This document shows positions 60,352 to 64,000 of a DNA stretch of 64,000 nt, piece by piece. The stretch's first letter is position 1. Each line of letters opens with the position of its first letter. A program made the translations under genes and the position numbers. The notes beneath the pieces were generated by a model. That model did not search any database. It had not been told where the DNA came from and saw only the letters and a list, made by a program, of their open reading frames with translations. Source of the stretch: Hormiphora californensis (Eukaryota > Animalia > Ctenophora); NCBI GenBank assembly GCA_020137815.1, contig CM035355.1, positions 7,254,001-7,318,000 of the forward strand, given 5' to 3'.

Positions 60352-61740
60352 GGGTACGCTAACCAAAAATTTTTTTCGAGTGCAGGGAAATCTCTCACCG
60401 TAGGGTTGTAGGCCATGCCAAGGAGACCTCAAATATGCAATTTTAGCTCTCAAGGCGAATTCATATTTTTGCTACAGCTGCTTGAAAAATGAACTGAAAA
60501 CAAGTTTTTGGCATCTTAAAAAATTTTTTTTAAAGATAGAAGCATGAAAATTTGGGGATTTGAAGAGGACATGAAGGGGAATAACCACAAAAACTTTTTT
60601 TTCAATCCGAGCTGATTTCCGGTCCTGAGATGGATTTCTTTTTTTCCACTTTAACGCCCTATTTGGCAAAGTTCCGAAAATATGTGAAAGCTGTAAATTG
60701 GTGAAAAGTTGCGTCTAACGATTATCTAAGTGGCCATAAATTTTGGGCGTGTCCTTATTTGAAATAAGATGTACAGAGTTTTTTTTGTGAAAGCCGTCAT
60801 TTCAGAAATAAATAAATTCCCTGTATCTCAAAAACGGCTGATCGTAGAGACCTGAGACTATGCTTAAACGATTCAGAAGGTCCGATTTTGGGGGGGTCTT
60901 CTGAGAGACATTTTGCTCCTACTTCAACCGTTTTTGCTGTAATTGCGAAAAACAAATTCTATGGAAAGGGCAAAAGCTAAACTCCAATATCCTGTAATTA
61001 GGGAATTTTGGCTAAGAAAGGACCGAAACTATGGAAAAATGTGTAACAAGCTAATTCCTTCATTATTTGGTCCATATGGGTCCCTATAATCATCAAAAAC
61101 AAAATCACAAAAAATCCACGATGGCGAAGATGGGTTTTTGTTTTTCGCAATTACAGCAAAAACGGTTGAAGTAGGAGCAAAATGTCTCTCAGAAGACCCC
61201 CCCAAAATCGGACCTTCTGAATCGTTTAAGCATAGTCTCAGGTCTCTACGATCAGCCGTTTTTGAGATACAGGGAATTTATTTATTTCTGAAATGACGGC
61301 TTTCACAAAAAAAACTCTGTACATCTTATTTCAAATAAGGACACGCCCAAAATTTATGGCCACTTAGATAATCGTTAGACGCAACTTTTCACCAATTTAC
61401 AGCTTTCACATATTTTCGGAACTTTGCCAAATAGGGCGTTAAAGTGGAAAAAAAGAAATCCATTTCAGGACCGGAAATCAGCTCGGATTGCAAAAAATTT
61501 TTTTGTGGTTATTCCCCTTTATGTTCTCTTCAAATCTCCAAATTTTCATGCTTCTATCTTTTAAAAAAATTTTTAAGATGCCAAAAACTTATTTTCAGTT
61601 AATTTTTCAAGCAGCTGTAGCAAAAATATGAATTCGGCTTGAGAGCTCAAATTGCATATTTGAGGTCTCCTTGGCATGGCCTACAACCCTACGGTGAGAG
61701 ATTTCCCTGCACTCGAAAAAAAATTTTGGTTAGCGTACCC
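60352..61740. mobile_element. Related TTAA palindromic family member
   Basis: TTAA|GGGTACGCTAACC...GGTTAGCGTACCC|TTAA. Shares GACCTCAAATATGCAATTTT and ATTCCCTGTATCTCAAAAACGG blocks with the 21225 family. Confidence 0.88.
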
Positions 61741-62256
61741 TTAATGTGCGTCTCTCTCTCTTTAATCTCGCACGTGAATATGAGCCACGGCGCGGCGCAT
61801 CTGCACGTGCGGTTCTTCCAGATAGAAATTCCAAATAGAAATTCCAGATAGAAATTCCAAATAGAAATGTGTATGACGCCGTGAAAAGATGTGGAGTTGA
61901 AGTGATAAAGATAAGCGAGTTGATCTGAAGACATCCAGGAGTTGTCTGGCGGCGCCGACCCGATCTGAGCACAAAACAAAACGGGGTCTGGCGCCATCAG
62001 ACATTCCAGGAGGTTATAACAAAAGTGAACCTATATCGTGTGTACCTTTTCCACAGACATCAGCTGAGCGAGGTCCATTGTTTCTACTCGTGATATACTC
62101 TCCCAAACTATTGGGTCGGGTCACACTAGGCTCTGAGATCTTGTACACCTCGATCGCTTCCACCGAGGATTTCCTGCAAAAACGGGTCTGAATTCGTCTT
62201 TATCCTAAAATAATCCAACTTGAACAACTTTCCAAAAAAAAAGAAGAATAACTTAC

Positions 62257-62607
62257 GGATTTGGAACGACTCGGAGCTCAGTGACCATTCTATTGTAGAC
62301 AGAGGGTGGGATCCAGAGGGCGGTACCAGCACGACACATGACAGTCAGGCCACTGTATAATACAACCATCACATCCCCTGCAGTTTTAGGAGTGAACACG
62401 ATTTCTATAATATGTTCTCATAGCAGGTTTGACTGCTTAGTTTGACTGCTTAGTTTTTTACCGAAATATCGAGAGTAATTGTAAATTAATTACAATATGT
62501 ACCTGCAACCCCGTTGTAGTTCGTTCCCCGTTTAGTATCTTCACCTCTAACCACGTTTCCGGGTTCGTAAGGTCCTCCCGCTCGTAGTGGAGCTAAAACG
62601 TGGTCAC
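62257..62607 (-). CDS. DUF4537 (C11orf16/VWA3B-like) protein, partial. Exons 62607-62503 and 62377-62257; further probable exons down to about 59613
   Basis: GDHVLAPLRAGGPYEPGNVVRGED..VMVVLYSGLTVMCRAGTALWIPPSVYNRMVTEL resembles, from memory, the DUF4537 pattern GDxVLAP..YxPGxV..AxWIPxxxY. Gene ends are not resolved. Confidence 0.6.
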
Positions 62608-63172
62608 CTGCGGGAGCGGTAATGGGTTAGCTTGGAGTCGGGTGATATATTGTGTGGGATATATGAATACTGAATAGCGAGGGATCGATTTTGGCCAAAA
62701 TTAAATCTGGTCAGGGTGAAACTTGCCCTGTATGTTGCAATCCTTGGAGCACATAGGTGCAATATTTCTCCCCACAAAAATATATAGATTTCCCAGGGTT
62801 ATACATACGGTTAATAAAACGGTGGAGAGGGGTTAGACCATTTAACGCGCCAGAATAGCCGCAAATTACAAAATATTAGACAGATTTATTGGGAAGAACT
62901 GCTCCACAAAGTCACGTGACTGAGGGGCAGCTTACAACATGACGGATTGATTAAACGGGTGGGGGCAGTATAAAAGTTAGGGAGAGGGGAACGAACCCCA
63001 TCGAATACCATTGCATAATTTTGCTGTTTGACGAGAGAATTTTTTACAGCCTCTCTCTCAGTACGCATTTTGAAAGTTTTTAATTCGAATAAAGATTATT
63101 AATTATTTGATATTTTCTAGAGAAAGGAATAAAGATGATTGATTTTTTTTGATATTTTCTAGAGAAAGGATC

Positions 63173-63624
63173 ATGGTCCAGCTGAAACTAGCTATTCTGC
63201 TGGCCCTGATGACGGCAGTTGTTATTGGAAACTCTGCATACGACAACACGGTGAGTTAATTAGCTGTCTAGTTACGACCGACTGACTTCTCAGCACGGCA
63301 TTATTTGTGTAGGTCACACCGCATTTTATTTCTATTTGAGTGTTCGGTAGAGCAAGGGCCAAGGCATTTTATGTTCTAAAGTCCTTCTTTCCCCACCCTA
63401 AACCAACATATCCACCTCCATTTCCGCACCCTAAACACCAATATACTCCAATATCATATCCACCAATATTATATCCACCAATATTATATCCAACCCAGAA
63501 TAACGAGGAAGCGTCGGTATCGGAGGATGCTGATGGAATACTGATTGGATATCCCCGAACTATTATTAACAACCGACACCGGCCAAAGCTTGGGAACGTT
63601 GAAAACAAGCAGACATGGTGGTAG
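63173..63624 (+). CDS. Small secreted 67-aa prepropeptide (neuropeptide-like). Exons 63173-63250, 63499-63624
   Basis: MVQLKLAILLALMTAVVIG signal peptide, GTGAGT donor, phase-0 CAG acceptor, then NNEEASVSEDADGILIGYPRTIINNRHRPKLGNVENKQTWW*. Confidence 0.7.
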
Positions 63625-63949
63625 ATGAAGACACTTGGAAGAAAGAGAGAGGGATGGAGAGATAGAGGGAGAGAGAGGGAAAGATGAGGGAGAGAAAGAG
63701 AGAAAGAGGAAGAAAGAGAAAGATAGAGAGAGAGGGAGAGAGATGCAAGTAAAGTCGAGAGAGATACAGAGTTTGATTAAATTTCTCACCATGTGCACCT
63801 GTGCACTATGTTTATATTAGGGCTTGTTTCTTATTACATCTGTATTGTCATCAGTCTTGTCATAAAGTCACATATTCATACTTGCATTCACAGAACAAGC
63901 CAGAGTGAGATAGAGTAAGATATACTGATACAGAGATAGAGAGATAGAT

Positions 63950-64000
<51 letters not shown>

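Overview
Eukaryotic, intron-rich, repeat-dense genomic DNA, not prokaryotic. The short hAT-type MITE at 39245-39360 and the CAGTCGGACCCCGATTTA MITE family match repeats I recall from the ctenophore Pleurobrachia, so a ctenophore origin is likely (inference, not checked). By hand-splicing GT-AG exons I reconstruct nine genes. Plus strand: AMPK alpha (5' end outside the window), gamma-secretase APH-1, an intronless class-A GPCR, a thioredoxin with WCGPY in place of WCGPC, a secreted two-repeat Cys-rich protein and a 67-aa neuropeptide-like precursor. Minus strand: peroxiredoxin-5, a 4-CCP (sushi) type-I membrane protein with a 1-nt frameshift, and an uncharacterised charged protein. Partial exons of a DUF4537/C11orf16-like gene are also present. 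Much of the non-coding DNA is non-autonomous transposons, many of them kb-scale palindromes or foldbacks, including a four-level nested stack (29198-35865) and a head-to-tail Helitron array. The most striking structure is a Penelope-like retroelement inserted as a tail-out inverted dimer (1388-bp arms). Each arm carries a minimal hammerhead ribozyme, and the insertion splits the last coding exon of the Cys-rich gene with a 13-bp target-site duplication. Most ORFs in the supplied track are spurious.
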